DNA of 64,000 bases, from positions 12,648,001-12,712,000 of the forward strand of contig CM022679.1 of NCBI GenBank assembly GCA_012295275.1, read 5' to 3'. The notes below the pieces were generated by a model. The model was not told the origin of the DNA. It did no database searches and worked only from the letters and a program-made list of their open reading frames with translations. The position numbers and the translations under genes were made by a program. The stretch comes from Chrysomallon squamiferum. Lineage: Eukaryota; Animalia; Mollusca. Every line of letters starts with the position of its first letter. The first letter of the stretch is position 1. Positions 27,901 to 41,189 of this stretch are shown here, one piece after another.

Positions 27901-30900
27901 GAAAAGGTATATTGCATCGTGTATTTTTCTTCTGGAGTACTGAAGGAATTATGGTGGTAAGGATTAAAAAAATATAATTTTTTGTTGTTGTTAGAGCTAT
28001 TTATTTTTAATGTAACATTTTAGATTTTATGTATATTATTTATTTTAGGTTTTATGTATATTATTTATTTTAAGTTTCATGTATATTATTTATTTTGGTT
28101 ATCCGTGTTATATTTTTTAAAACTTTATTTTTGTTGTTTTCTTTCCTGTTCTGATGTTCATTAATTAGGATTTACCTGATAAAAAATAAATAATTTTACT
28201 TTATAAACTGGCATTACTTACTGTTATTGTTACCTAATGATACAAATATTTACTAAATAATAATCTAGTGTTGTATATAAAATAATTATCCTAAAACCAG
28301 CTTTTTGCTTAGTTGACACAACATAAGATTATAAAGCAGATTATCCTCATTCAAATCTTAACATGAAATTAAGCAAACTCTCACATCTCATAACACTTTA
28401 TTCACATTAATTCACTATTATAAAGTGATGCAGTGTGCAGAAGCATTTGCAATACATTTCAGGAAATATTTTATAATCTTTTTCGATTGTGTAGATTATG
28501 AACAAAGATGTTTGAAAGTATCTAACAATACAAGAATCAAATATATGTACAGATAAAAAAATAATAATAAATGAAATAAAAATAAAGAAAAGAGAGAGAA
28601 AGACAAACCTTTAGAAATCACATAGTGTAATCTAGAATATTATTTCTTCAAAATGTCTTCAAAATGTCTTCAAACTAAAAAAAGTATATTTTTGGTATTT
28701 TAATTTAAAAAAAAAAAAAAATAATAAAAGTAATTATAAAATAAAAAAAAATAAAAAAAAAACCAACCAGAAATAATTATAAAAATACACATAGTTATAC
28801 AGTTATATATATATATATCTATATTGATAGTGTAATCTATGATATTATGTCTTCAAACTTAAAACAAAGGTATATTTTTGGTATTTTAATTAAAAAACAA
28901 AAAAAACAACAACAATAAAAGTAATTATAAAATAAATAAAAAATATTAATAATAATAAAAATACACATAGTTACACACACACACACACACACACATATAC
29001 ATATTGATAAACTTGTGTTAGTTTCTAAAAGGTTGCATTCTCTTCCTCAACTGTCACCAAATTATTTAATCACCAAAGTATCATCAAAATTTTGTTACAA
29101 ATTTTCTTCCATAATTTTCAGAATATTATAAACACGGTACTGTATATTATTCTTTCAAACATATTTTACTCTGCTGTTTAGATTTTAACCAAAAATATTT
29201 TACTTTTCATTACTTTTATATAGTCTTCTTTGCATGTCACATTGATTGTATTGCATGATCTATTTGTATTATATCCAAATATATCATCTTCAGTTAAGAA
29301 GTTGGTCTTAACTGAATTATAAAACTGGTCTCAGACCTGAAGGGTCACAAGGTCAATCCTCCTTACTGGACCAGAATAATATTTGTATTTATACATGCCA
29401 TTTTTTTCCCCATTCCAACCATTATCTCAGAAAAGGTTTTTCAAATACTGTAGAAAATGCAATCCTGTCAGAACATATATATATATATATATAAAAAATT
29501 CACTAATGATAATTTGTAAAAGTAACTATGGAGTGGAAACAGTAGGTTTCTTTGCTCTTATCACAGTATTAACACAATTTATGTGTCTTATCCACCAATG
29601 GTTCTTAACATTGAAATGTTTTTACACTGTTATATAAAACTCAGGTATTAATTTTTTGACGTTGTTAAGTTATGATCCATTTTTTCGGTCTGTTTCATTT
29701 CCTTAAAGGTAACACAACATTAAAGTATAAATATAAAGTATAACACAACATTAAAGTATAAATATAAAGCATTGAGTTTATCACTAAGAGTATGTAAATC
29801 TTATTTTCCTCTAATTAACAAATTCAGAATTTATTTTATTTAACTAATGCATATGTTTAATGACTATTTTAGCACTTGCGCTACACATTGAATAATAACA
29901 GAATGTATGGTACTGCGTAATGTCATCTACCTCTACCATAGCTCAATGTTATTACTCATGTTAGTTGTGATAAGGTGCAGTATAACTCTTTACACATGAC
30001 AGGACACCTGTTACATTTTTAAAATGATTAATTAGGTATTGAGTCATTCCATGTCAAATCACCCCCCCCCCCAAAAAAAAACCCGTTAGCATCTGATTAA
30101 CTAAAACCTGAATGATCAATTCTGGATGCTAGATATCACCATCTCTCTTGATCACTGAGTAAGACATTGTATACCTACATGTATGCATAAAGTTCACATA
30201 AATTTGAGAGAACTAGGTGTTTCTGATGCTTAACCTTCTCACCATATTTGTTTCGAATGCTCACTGTATCTTTCATTCCCGGACACATTCTACTGTTCTC
30301 GTCACTTTCATAAAATTGGACTATTTCCTCCTTCAATTCATTTGAGAGAACTTTCCCTTGTTTCTTATCACAGAGGGATAGAATCCCTTTCTCTTTCTTC
30401 GCAGCATGGCATTTTTTCCACAAGGTAATTCATTGTTTCAAATTCATTTGTTGTCCTTTCAGTGGTAAAGGGTGACAAAGTCAAGATTTGCACATGCTCT
30501 GGGTAGGATTTGGACTTCTTGAATTTCTCTATTAACTCCTCCAACATGTTCCTGAATAATTGAAGATCAGATTTTTCTGATGAGTCAAGGTCACTTTCAA
30601 GAGAATAAAGCAGAATATCATAGAATGTTTCAAGATGTTGTTTTAATGTTACTGTAGCTGATGCTAGTTTTTTCTGTCCTTTCATTCTTTTACTGGAACA
30701 TGCTAGTGAATGGAGTTTAACAGGAGTTTCATCTGAACTCGACAGGATGGAATTCAAATCAAAGTCCTTTTCTGGGGAAACAACAACCGGCAGTTTATCT
30801 GGCAAGTTATCATCAAATTCTCCCATAGTAATACCACCCATACTAAAGCCATCCTCTGCAGGGGTTTGGACCTTTGATTTCTGAAGGTTAATCAGACAGT

Positions 30901-33900
30901 CACAGCACAACTTGTCTCCTGGCACTAGTGTCTTTGGATTTACTAAGCATTTGTAAGTGCCCATGCTAACAATTCCTAAAGATCTAGTGATTGCTTGCAA
31001 TGTTGAAAACTTGATTAAAAGTTCTTGTTCATGATGTGAACAGATACTCTTGATGTCCCTGTGTTTTGATGCCACTTCGAAGAGTGAGGAGTTTGACTTC
31101 CTCCGTTTTCCATACACTTTGCAACAACTCCTTTTTGGTATGATGGTTGATAAAACACATTTTCAGGAGAGTTAAAGCTGCAGTTAGCCCTTGGAAGAAA
31201 TAAGTATTGGCCTGCACCTTTAATTCAATAGAACAAAGTCAGTGCTTTCCTAAATATCAAATCAGATCCTGAAACCCTTTCAATAAAGTTAAGCAGGTCA
31301 TAAACTGGCTGCAGAGTACATGTGTTATTGCCAAAGGCCCACAAGTCTTGGGCATTTAGGTCCAACTTTTCAGGAATAAATCACAGCTTATCAAGGTGAA
31401 GGTAGACCTTGTTCATACTCTGTGCCGAAGACTGGGTGTACAAATACATTATGCAGTAGATCACTTGATGAAGTCTGATTTCAGACTGGGTTGTACTATA
31501 GTTGACTGAAACCTTGTTCAAAACCAATGGCAAGGCCACATGACATGATAAAATGACTTAATAGGTTTTATGAAGAAAACATAATGCTTACATATCAACA
31601 TCTGACATTGTGTCCAACTTGAAAGCTTCAGATTGTCAAAGAAATGCAGATGAAGAAACTTCTTTGTCTTAAACTTCTAAAAGCCATGTGCTCAATGGGG
31701 ATTGCACCAGGGGATCTAAAGGAGTTCCTGACCTGCCTGAAGCATCACTTCCTGTTAACCCTTTGAGCCTGATTGTGTAGAACATGTCATGCCATTTGGC
31801 ATCTTTTCATATCATTCAGGCATTCCTTCAGACATGTCAGGTGGGTTTTAACTCCAAAGATGAGTTTTTGGTCTCTGAGAAGTGTATACATGTAAAAAAT
31901 GTACATTGTAATGCATTTTGTCAATCATCCATACAGGTATGCATTTTTTAAATCTATATTATGGCTAAACAAAAAATATTACACCCAGGAAACTTTTATA
32001 TGTTTTAGTTAACATGTGGGAGATTAAATTTCAATAAAGGTCATCTCAAGGTCACATGATCCACACAGTCAATTTCAAGGTCATAACAAAGGTCAAAAGG
32101 TCAGTGACCCCAAATTTTCCAAACTGAACAATAATGGCAGATTTGGAATCCTTGTCATATTGCCCTTTCAACAATACCAATTTTATGAAGATTGGCCCAG
32201 TAGTTCCTGAGATATGAGGGCTAAAATGTTGCTGGTCATACCCATTTTCGCCCAAAATCTCAAAATTTGGTGGGCCTTATCTCCCACACCACTGATCCAA
32301 TTGGGCTAATATTTCAGATTTGGTGCTGTGGGATCCCAGTCAACAAGTATACCAAGTTTTATAAAAATCGGAGACAGTCGGGTTTAACTCATTGGGTGAT
32401 TTGACACGGAATGACCCTATTCATTTCCAAAGTAAGGACAACACATATCAAGTATTGTCTGAGATCACTCTTGTTTGCTAGGTATGAAGGACAATAAAGC
32501 ATGAACTATAATATGTACTTAGACTGTCCAATCTAACCAAACTGTATACAAGAAGTTTGGTTGTTAATTCTGAGTTATGTATTTGACACTAGGTAATTAC
32601 TGTAAACAGATTAAATCCTATTCTGTCTGTATCAGTGTATTCCTGTCCCAGCCAGTGCTGTGCAGTGGTTTGTCAAAGGTCATGGTGTACGCTTTTACTA
32701 GATGAATAAGAGTTGCAGTGGGATTTTTTTCTCATAATTTCTGTGATTCTGACCTCTGTGTTTGATGCTATATAACCATACACTGTTATTCATTTTCTGT
32801 TACTGTTCAAAAAGAAAAAAAAAGAAAAAAATGAAGCATTTTTGACTTTAAGATTTATCTGTGATTTTGTCTACGTACTAATTTGTAATTATTTTTTTTT
32901 TATAAATCTTATTTACATATATATATATAGAGAGAGAGAAAGTTCTGTTGAAAAGATAAACAAGTAATGATAAAAATACATCCGACCTTGAAATTTTGAA
33001 TATTACAACTTATTTGATGAGTTTTGTCTCCAATTTTTTTTTTTTTTTTTTTTTTTTTATCCAGTGTCATCTTATATTGGAGACTATTATAGAAAATATC
33101 TTCAAATTATTTAGTAACATTGTGATGGTAAAAATATTTTACTCTATCTTAACTGTTTTAATATTTTAGTTATGATGGATGCTTCTACTCAGAGTGTAGC
33201 TTTTTCTAGCAGAAACAACTAAAAGAATATTAATCAAACTTTATTAATGTGTATGTTTTTGGACTGGGGAGGCATTTCTTTTCAAGATTAATAACTAAAA
33301 CAAAATCTTTTTTAACCTGTTTATTATGCAATACTAACAAACATTACATGCGAAATGGAAAAGATTGAAGTTTATTTTATGGTGTACTTTTTTTTTAAAT
33401 TTTGTTAGTGATAATGTCTGAAGTAATTTTTTGGTAGTCAAACTTAGACAGAGTTTTAGTGAACTGTTAAATTCAAGTCTTGTTGAACATCATCAGTTAA
33501 TAATTTAATTTCAGCTTGTATTTAAAGGAGGCCATGTTCAGGTAAGTTATTAAAATCTGTGTTTGTGGTGAAGAGATAATATATATATGTAAGATTTTGT
33601 TTTTAATGTTATTTTGTTATTGTTTTATTATTGTTTCATTTTAAGAATAAATTATAATAACAGGGTCTTTCATTTTATATATATATAGATGAGTTTTAAA
33701 ATGTACATATATAATTATATAAGATCTTGTTTGTTTAATTTATTTTGTCATTGCTTTATTGTTGTTATTGTTATTTCTTTTAAGAACAAGAGTACTGATG
33801 CAAAAGTTATAATACTAGGGTATTTCAGTTCTTAACATCTTTTTTCTTTTTTGACTTTTGAAATGTATTATTATTTTCATTAGTCCTTGTGAATAAACTG

Positions 33901-33985
33901 TTACAAGTAACAGAAGCATCCTTACACATCTTCAGTATTAGAACACATGTATAAATTATAACCCTGTTTTATATAATTATATACA

Positions 33986-34047
<62 letters not shown>

Positions 34048-37000
34048 CATTATGATAATATAATACTTCTGATGTCATTATTTTCTATTGAAATAAAATT
34101 TAATAACATTGACTGAAATCTGAAATATTTTCAGCATTCAGTAGTTTGAATAATCTAGTAGACTTCCTTTTTTATAACTGAACTCATTTCATCTTGAAAT
34201 ATCAACTGCATCAAGAATGTCTCATCTGTTCTGAAACCTTGAATATGCCTCTGATGAAGATGCTTCATAAGAGATAATGATTAATTCTGTATAATTCTTT
34301 TTCTTTTCTTACAAATAAATTTTATATCATCTTATGCTATGCTTTTTTTTTATATTCATTACTGAATATATTAAGAACAAAATAATTGTATTTCAAATAC
34401 TGTTCCACATCATTAGCATTTCTACTGTTTTTACTGACTTTAAATTATCTTGTTAGTATTTATTTATTAAATTATCATTATTATTATTATCATTATTATT
34501 TACTTTTGTCAAGAGACTGTTACTTACATATTATTATCACTATTTTTAGTGTTGTATAGAAAACAGGTTTTTTCTTCTTGTTTAATGTTATTCTTCTCTT
34601 TGTATACAGGATCTTGGCACCCCCACAAATATCAATGCAAGTGAGGTGCCTGTTGGTGAATCACCTTCTAGGAAGGAAAGATTGCGATCTTTAGATACTT
34701 TCAGAGGGTGAGCATCTCAGTATTTTATTACATGTTGTATATCATTATTATAATAGATATATTCACATTTACCATATGACTATTAGGTTTGTAATGATAT
34801 TGTTATAACAAATGATATATAAGCATATCCTGTTGTTTATTAGGTTTATAAGATATCATTATGACAAATGATATATTAATGTTTCCACTGATTATTAGGT
34901 TTGTAATGATATCATTGTAACAAATGATATATTAATTTATCCCGTTGATTATTAGGTTTGTAATGATATAGTTTGAGCACACAAATTTCCAGATACTGGG
35001 TGAGTGTAATATAGTAACAAGTTAAGACAAAAAATATGTTTTAACAAGGACACAGTCCGTAGAAAGTTAGTAATAACCACTAATGTATTCATTACTGGTA
35101 TCACCATAAAATGGCCAAAAATTTAACTATATGGCAAAAATAGATGATTCCCACATATTTTACTGGACTGGTGTGTGGACTAAAGAACAGTCAAAATCTT
35201 GGGCCACTGTAATAGTTATTAAAGATTCTCAAGATGTTAATTTGATCAAAAATTTGGATTAAGAAATTCCATTATTAACATTATTATGATGTCATAAAAT
35301 ATACTAAAAACTTCAAATCTTTAGTTTCGAGTTTACAATTTTATCCAGAGAGGAGCAGTTTGACAAAGACAAATACATTTGTTTATTTTAGGATTTCCAT
35401 CTTGGTAATGATATTTGTAAATTTACGAGGAGGGGAATATTGGTTTTTTAAACACTCCAAATGGAATGGTCTTCATCTGGCAGATCTAGTATTTCCATGG
35501 TGAGTTGCTACTAGCAACAAGCATGATGCTGTTAGAGATGGCTTCAGCATGGATGTGGCTAGATTATTGCTATATTTTGTGCATGACCATAGACTATGCA
35601 TGTTGCTGTATTGAAAACTGTTGGGCTTTCACTAATACATCTTCTTCTGCATGTTTTTCTTACAGCTAGAACTAATTTATTTTTCCTTCCTTTCTGTTTT
35701 TCTGTATTATTTTTGGCAATTTATTTATTTAGTAATTTTTAATTGTCACATTTTATAGCAGCTACATGTGTGCAGTAATATCAAAATGTGCATCATTGTT
35801 ATCTTATTTTCAGCTGTCTGCCTTTGCCTTTTTATACACATACACATGTTTTTTGTTTTTTAACTTACCATAGAACATACATGATATATATTGAAGCAAC
35901 ATGGTATGGTGTAAAGTTAAAACAAATATACATTCATTGTACATTAAATAATTAAATAAAATACTACTATAAATGAAAGAAGAGTTTATTAAATTACTGG
36001 ATTTTTTTCAAAGCAGATTTTTTTAGAGTAATTCTGTCAGGTCTGAAAGATGTGACAGGCCATTAGTAATGAAAAATTATCTGGTGTACATTTGTGTTTC
36101 ATTGACAGATTTGTTTCAGTTTGTAGTAGATTATTTGCATGTCCATTTGTTAGTTCATTTCTAAAATTTATGTTTCAGTCTCAAGATACTGGTTGAAAAT
36201 TCATTAACCAAAATCCAAAATATCTTTTAGAAAAACTAAAACAATTTTAATTCCTAATAGCATAAAAAGCATTATTTGTATGATTAATTATATTAAAAAA
36301 TATTTAGATTAATTTGTGTGTATCATTATAGATACATAAACACACTGGCATCAAACCATTTATCATGCAAAATTACGACCATAGGTGACCAGGACTTCCA
36401 AAACTCTGGTTTTCTGAACCAAGGCTTTAATAAATACTTAAAGTATAAAATAAACAACAAAAAGTAAAGAACAAAACAGTTTATAACAGATACAAATTAA
36501 CAAACTTCTAAAGCCAGTTTTCTGGTTATTCTGGTTTTCGTGTTAAGCCAAATAAATGGTTCAAAACCTCCATTATCCTTTAGATTGTTTAAAATCTATT
36601 CCCAAACCACAAAATTTTGGATAATGAATAATAAACCTGTATCTTAATTTACATCTTTGTTTCTTTGTTTGCCAATCTGTCCATACTTCTGTTTATCTGT
36701 TGTTTGATTAATATGCATGCTTCCTTCTCTCTGCATAGACTGAGTTTAGTGGTTATGAATTTTGTTAACTATGGTGGTGGTCGTTATTGGTTCTTTGCTC
36801 ACTCTAAATGGAATGGAATCACTGTGGCTGACCTTGTGTTTCCCTGGTATGTAGACATTGACACTTCTAACTAAAACTGTTTGTAGAGTATTTCTTTTAA
36901 ATTATGAAATTTTTTGTTTATTTATTATGTCTTAAAAGTAATAAACTGGTACAGGGTATCTGAAAAATAATGAAATAAAATACATTTTAAAATTTTAGAA

Positions 37001-38821
37001 ATTAAAATGTAAAATATTATCGTTTATTATGTCATAAGTTTATTTATTACATTTAGAATGTGTATAACAAAGAGTGGATTTGTATTATTTGTTTCTTCTT
37101 CATAATAACTGGTAGATTAGAATTATGTAATACAATAAAAAGTGTTATTATTATCTTAATAATTATTATTTTTATATTATAGCTTGTAATAAAAAATTAA
37201 GTAGTCTTATTTGTGACTATTCTTAGAATATCTTGTGAAATAAAAAGTATTATTGTTATTTATTACTTTTTAACTCTAAATATACTTCTTGTTAAAATAC
37301 ATAATCATAATATTATTATTATTTTTTTTTTAACTGTAATTATTATGACAGTATATGTAATAAAACACAAAGTAGTATTATTTATTAATGAATAATTGGT
37401 GGAGTATCTTTTCTAAAATAAGTATTGTTATTTATGTGTTAACTGTAATTGTTTTTGAGTATATCAAATCAGTAACATTTTTAAAGATATTTTATTTGTT
37501 ACATCATTAGATTTAACACAGGTGATCTACATGTTTCAAATAATAACTATAAATCAGGAATTACATATTTGTAATTTAAATGATACTGATTTTATAATCA
37601 GGTTTGTCTTCATAATGGGAACATCCATGGTCTTCAGCTTCAACTCACAACTAAAGAGAAACATGACCAAAAAGAGAATGTTTTTAAAAATCTTAAAACG
37701 TTCAATCATCCTCTTTCTCCTTGGTCTTATGCTGAACTCTGGTGGAGGTATGTTCAAATGACAAAAAAAATTCAGTTGATTTTGGATTCAATTTTCTTTC
37801 ATTTCTTTTCTTTGTTTTTGTTTTAAAATATGGCTACTGTGTATTGTTGCTTTAAAGATATATATTGTTGCTTTGAATAACAAAAACGCAGCTAAATAAA
37901 AGCATCCACAAATAACAACCACTAGATAACAATAAAAATAATAATAATAACGAAAATCAGTTATAGGAAAGTTTTATACAGCTATAATCTAATTTTATGT
38001 TTTTGTATTAATAAATTTTTCCTTATTTTTGTATTTTATTTCAGGAGTTGAATTAACAAAATTACGAATACCTGGAGTGCTACAGCGTTTTGGTGTGACG
38101 TACCTGATAGTTGCAACAATCCACTTATTCTTTGCACGGACAGCAGATGAACATCAGGTAAATCTTCCATTGTTTTTATTAAAACCTTCTTTACAGTCCC
38201 ATTTGTGTGTGTGTGTATGTATGTGTAATTGTATTACTGATCACTGATTTTCAACATTGTTTTGTTTTGTTTTTAATTACAGTTTTAGTGTTGGTAGTAT
38301 TGCTAAGGAAATGTTTTTCAGTGATCATGGTTATTGTTAGTAATTGCATTATTTTGTATCTATTTTTATTTTAATATAATATAACATAATATAATATAAT
38401 ATATTTTTTTAAATCTTTTAAATTTTGTTTTCAGTATCGTTGGTGGTCTCCAGTGAGAGATATACTGGACTACTGGTTGGAATGGGTTATTCACATTATT
38501 CTGCTGATTGTTTGGTTTGGGTTGACGTTTGGTCTCGAAGTACCTGACTGTCCCAAGTACTGAAATATTCACTTCAGAAATTAATTCACACATACTTCAT
38601 ACAAAAGCAAAACTACAGCAGTTATTTCATTTGATGGTGTTAAGAATTTTCAACTTGTGAACTTATATAGACCCTCATACAAAGATTCTTTTATTAAGAA
38701 ACACGTCATATAAAGAAACACGTCATTTAATTACTGTATATTTATTCAGCTGTCTATCCGTCAATCCACCTATCAAGACAAACACATGAAGCACAAACAC
38801 AAAAACATACACATGTATATG

Positions 38822-38855
<34 letters not shown>

Positions 38856-39219
38856 CACACAGATAGACAAATATGCACTCACACATAATTTAATTAGTGT
38901 TATGAATTTATACTCAGAGGCTATCTTGGTCCAGGAGGCTTAGCTGATGAAGGAAAATATCCTAACTGTACTGGTGGAGCAGCTGGTTACATTGACCGTC
39001 TGGTCTTTGGTATTGAACACATTTACCAACACAGCACTCCCCAGGTGAGGCCACTGCGTATACACGTACACAATACTGCCTCAAATAAAATAAAATAATT
39101 TAAAAAATAGACAATAACAAATAATGTTTTTTTTGACATGTAATGTTTTTTTTATATATATATAACACTATGGTGAGAGTAAAGTAAAACAAAAAAAAAT
39201 ATCTTTGTATTTCTAAACC

Positions 39220-39279
<60 letters not shown>

Positions 39280-40450
39280 ATATTAAAAAGAAAAGATGAT
39301 AACTATAACAATACTACTATTATTTATCAAAGATTATTATTATTAGTTATCTATCATTATTCAGAATTGTCAGACTCCATGACATTAAAGAAACAATTGT
39401 CTTTATATTTCTACAGATTGAGATAGAGTAGAATATTAAAGAAATAAACTGGTAGTAATATGATTAATACAGTATCATTTCCAACTAATATAAATATTGT
39501 CTTTATTTTTACTTTCTTATTTATTTATTTTTTTATTTTTTATTTTTTTTTTTTTTTATTTAATTTGATTATATTTTAAAAAAAATTGTTATTTGATTTT
39601 ATTTAACTTTTATTTATTTTCATTTAATTTTATTATTACTGGGTTTTTTTTAATCAGTTTATCAGATTAATTTCTGCTGGCTGTGCAAAAAATAATATAT
39701 GAAGCATCAGTATTTAATATTGTTTTTGTAGGAAATTTATCACAACATTTTGCCAAATGAGCCTGAAGGTCTGTTAGGAACATTGACCTCCTGCTTTATG
39801 TGTTTCCTTGGTGTTCAGGTCTGTGTTTAACTTAATTTAAAAATTAACTATCATTTATTTTAAAAGATACGTTTGTTTAATTAAAGATTAAGTGATTTTC
39901 ATCCTGAACAGTTATGTCCCCTTACAACATTATGAGAACACAGGGCAAGGGTAAAAGATATATATATATATATATATATGTAATATATAAATATTTATAA
40001 CTACATTACATAACTAACCATATTTCTGTAATAGTAGAACATTTAATCTATGGGTTCCACCATAAAAATGATTTGAAAAGGGATGGTGAAAGTTATTTTT
40101 TTAAGAACTGCTGATTTTGTTATCTGAAATCCTAAGCTATGACACATTTAAATTACTTTGATAGATACAGGTTAATAGTTAAATGTCCTTTATCAGAAAA
40201 TCCAAGTAACCTGAATTTTTAATTTTGTTTGGTACAAATATTGTGTTATAATTTAAATAATTTTTATCCTTTTATTTCCAGGCTGGTAAAATTTTATTTG
40301 TGTACAAAGATTGGGTTCTCCGAGTTAGACGTTTTATTGCCTGGGCTGTTGTCCTGGTATGTTTTGTGTTTATCTTACATGAATGATGAATTATGAAGTT
40401 AAAACAAAATTGTATTAATTACTGAATTAGCAGGATAGTTATATAACATA

Positions 40451-40486
<36 letters not shown>

Positions 40487-41158
40487 AAGTACTGTCACAT
40501 TTATGAGTAATATTAAAACCAGTGCATTTCGTGGATTTTTAAATCTTGTGTCCATGCATAATGTTGTTGTTATTTTTTAATTATTGTCCTTGTTATTGTT
40601 ATTACTAGTTGCTACAACTACTGTTTCTGCTGTTACCACTATTACTAATATGCAGGTCCATCTTAACAGCATTATAGGCCATCTAGGCAAAGCAAAACAC
40701 TAGTATCTTTTTGTACACATGAAAAATGTATTTACAGCAATCCACAGCATGCATGGCCTGCCTGCACATTCCTCTACCAGACTGCCCATGCCTTAAGACT
40801 ATCAAATGTACTACTACTACTGCTGCTGCTGCTACTACTACCACCACTACTGTTGCTTACATACCATGGCTTTTGTTACATCAGTTAGAACATATAATAA
40901 TAATTCAAGAATGACACATTCATTGCTGTTCAATCTCTCTGAGACATGCATGTTATTATTTACATACATTTTTAATCTTCAAACAGGGAATTATTGGTGC
41001 AATATTGACAAAAGGAAGTAAGAATGAAGGTTGGATTCCAGCATGCAAGAATTTGTGGTGAGTTCTGAATTAATGTATCAGCAAAAAAATATTTTTCCTA
41101 CTTCCATTCATCCATCCATCCATCCATCCATCTATCCACCCAGACATACATACATACA

Positions 41159-41189
<31 letters not shown>

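Noticed and set aside
35631-35720. Steric (tropomyosin-type) mutual exclusion through a distant branch point for exon 8b
   Set aside because: The ACTAAT motifs are over 130 nt from the 8a donor and about 1.1 kb from 8b, with many AG dinucleotides in between.
36345-36570. Short inverted repeat (AACCATTTA / TAAATGGTT) between exons 8a and 8b as a splicing-control hairpin
   Set aside because: Only about 9 bp of AT-rich pairing, and it does not enclose a splice site. More likely a decayed MITE or chance.
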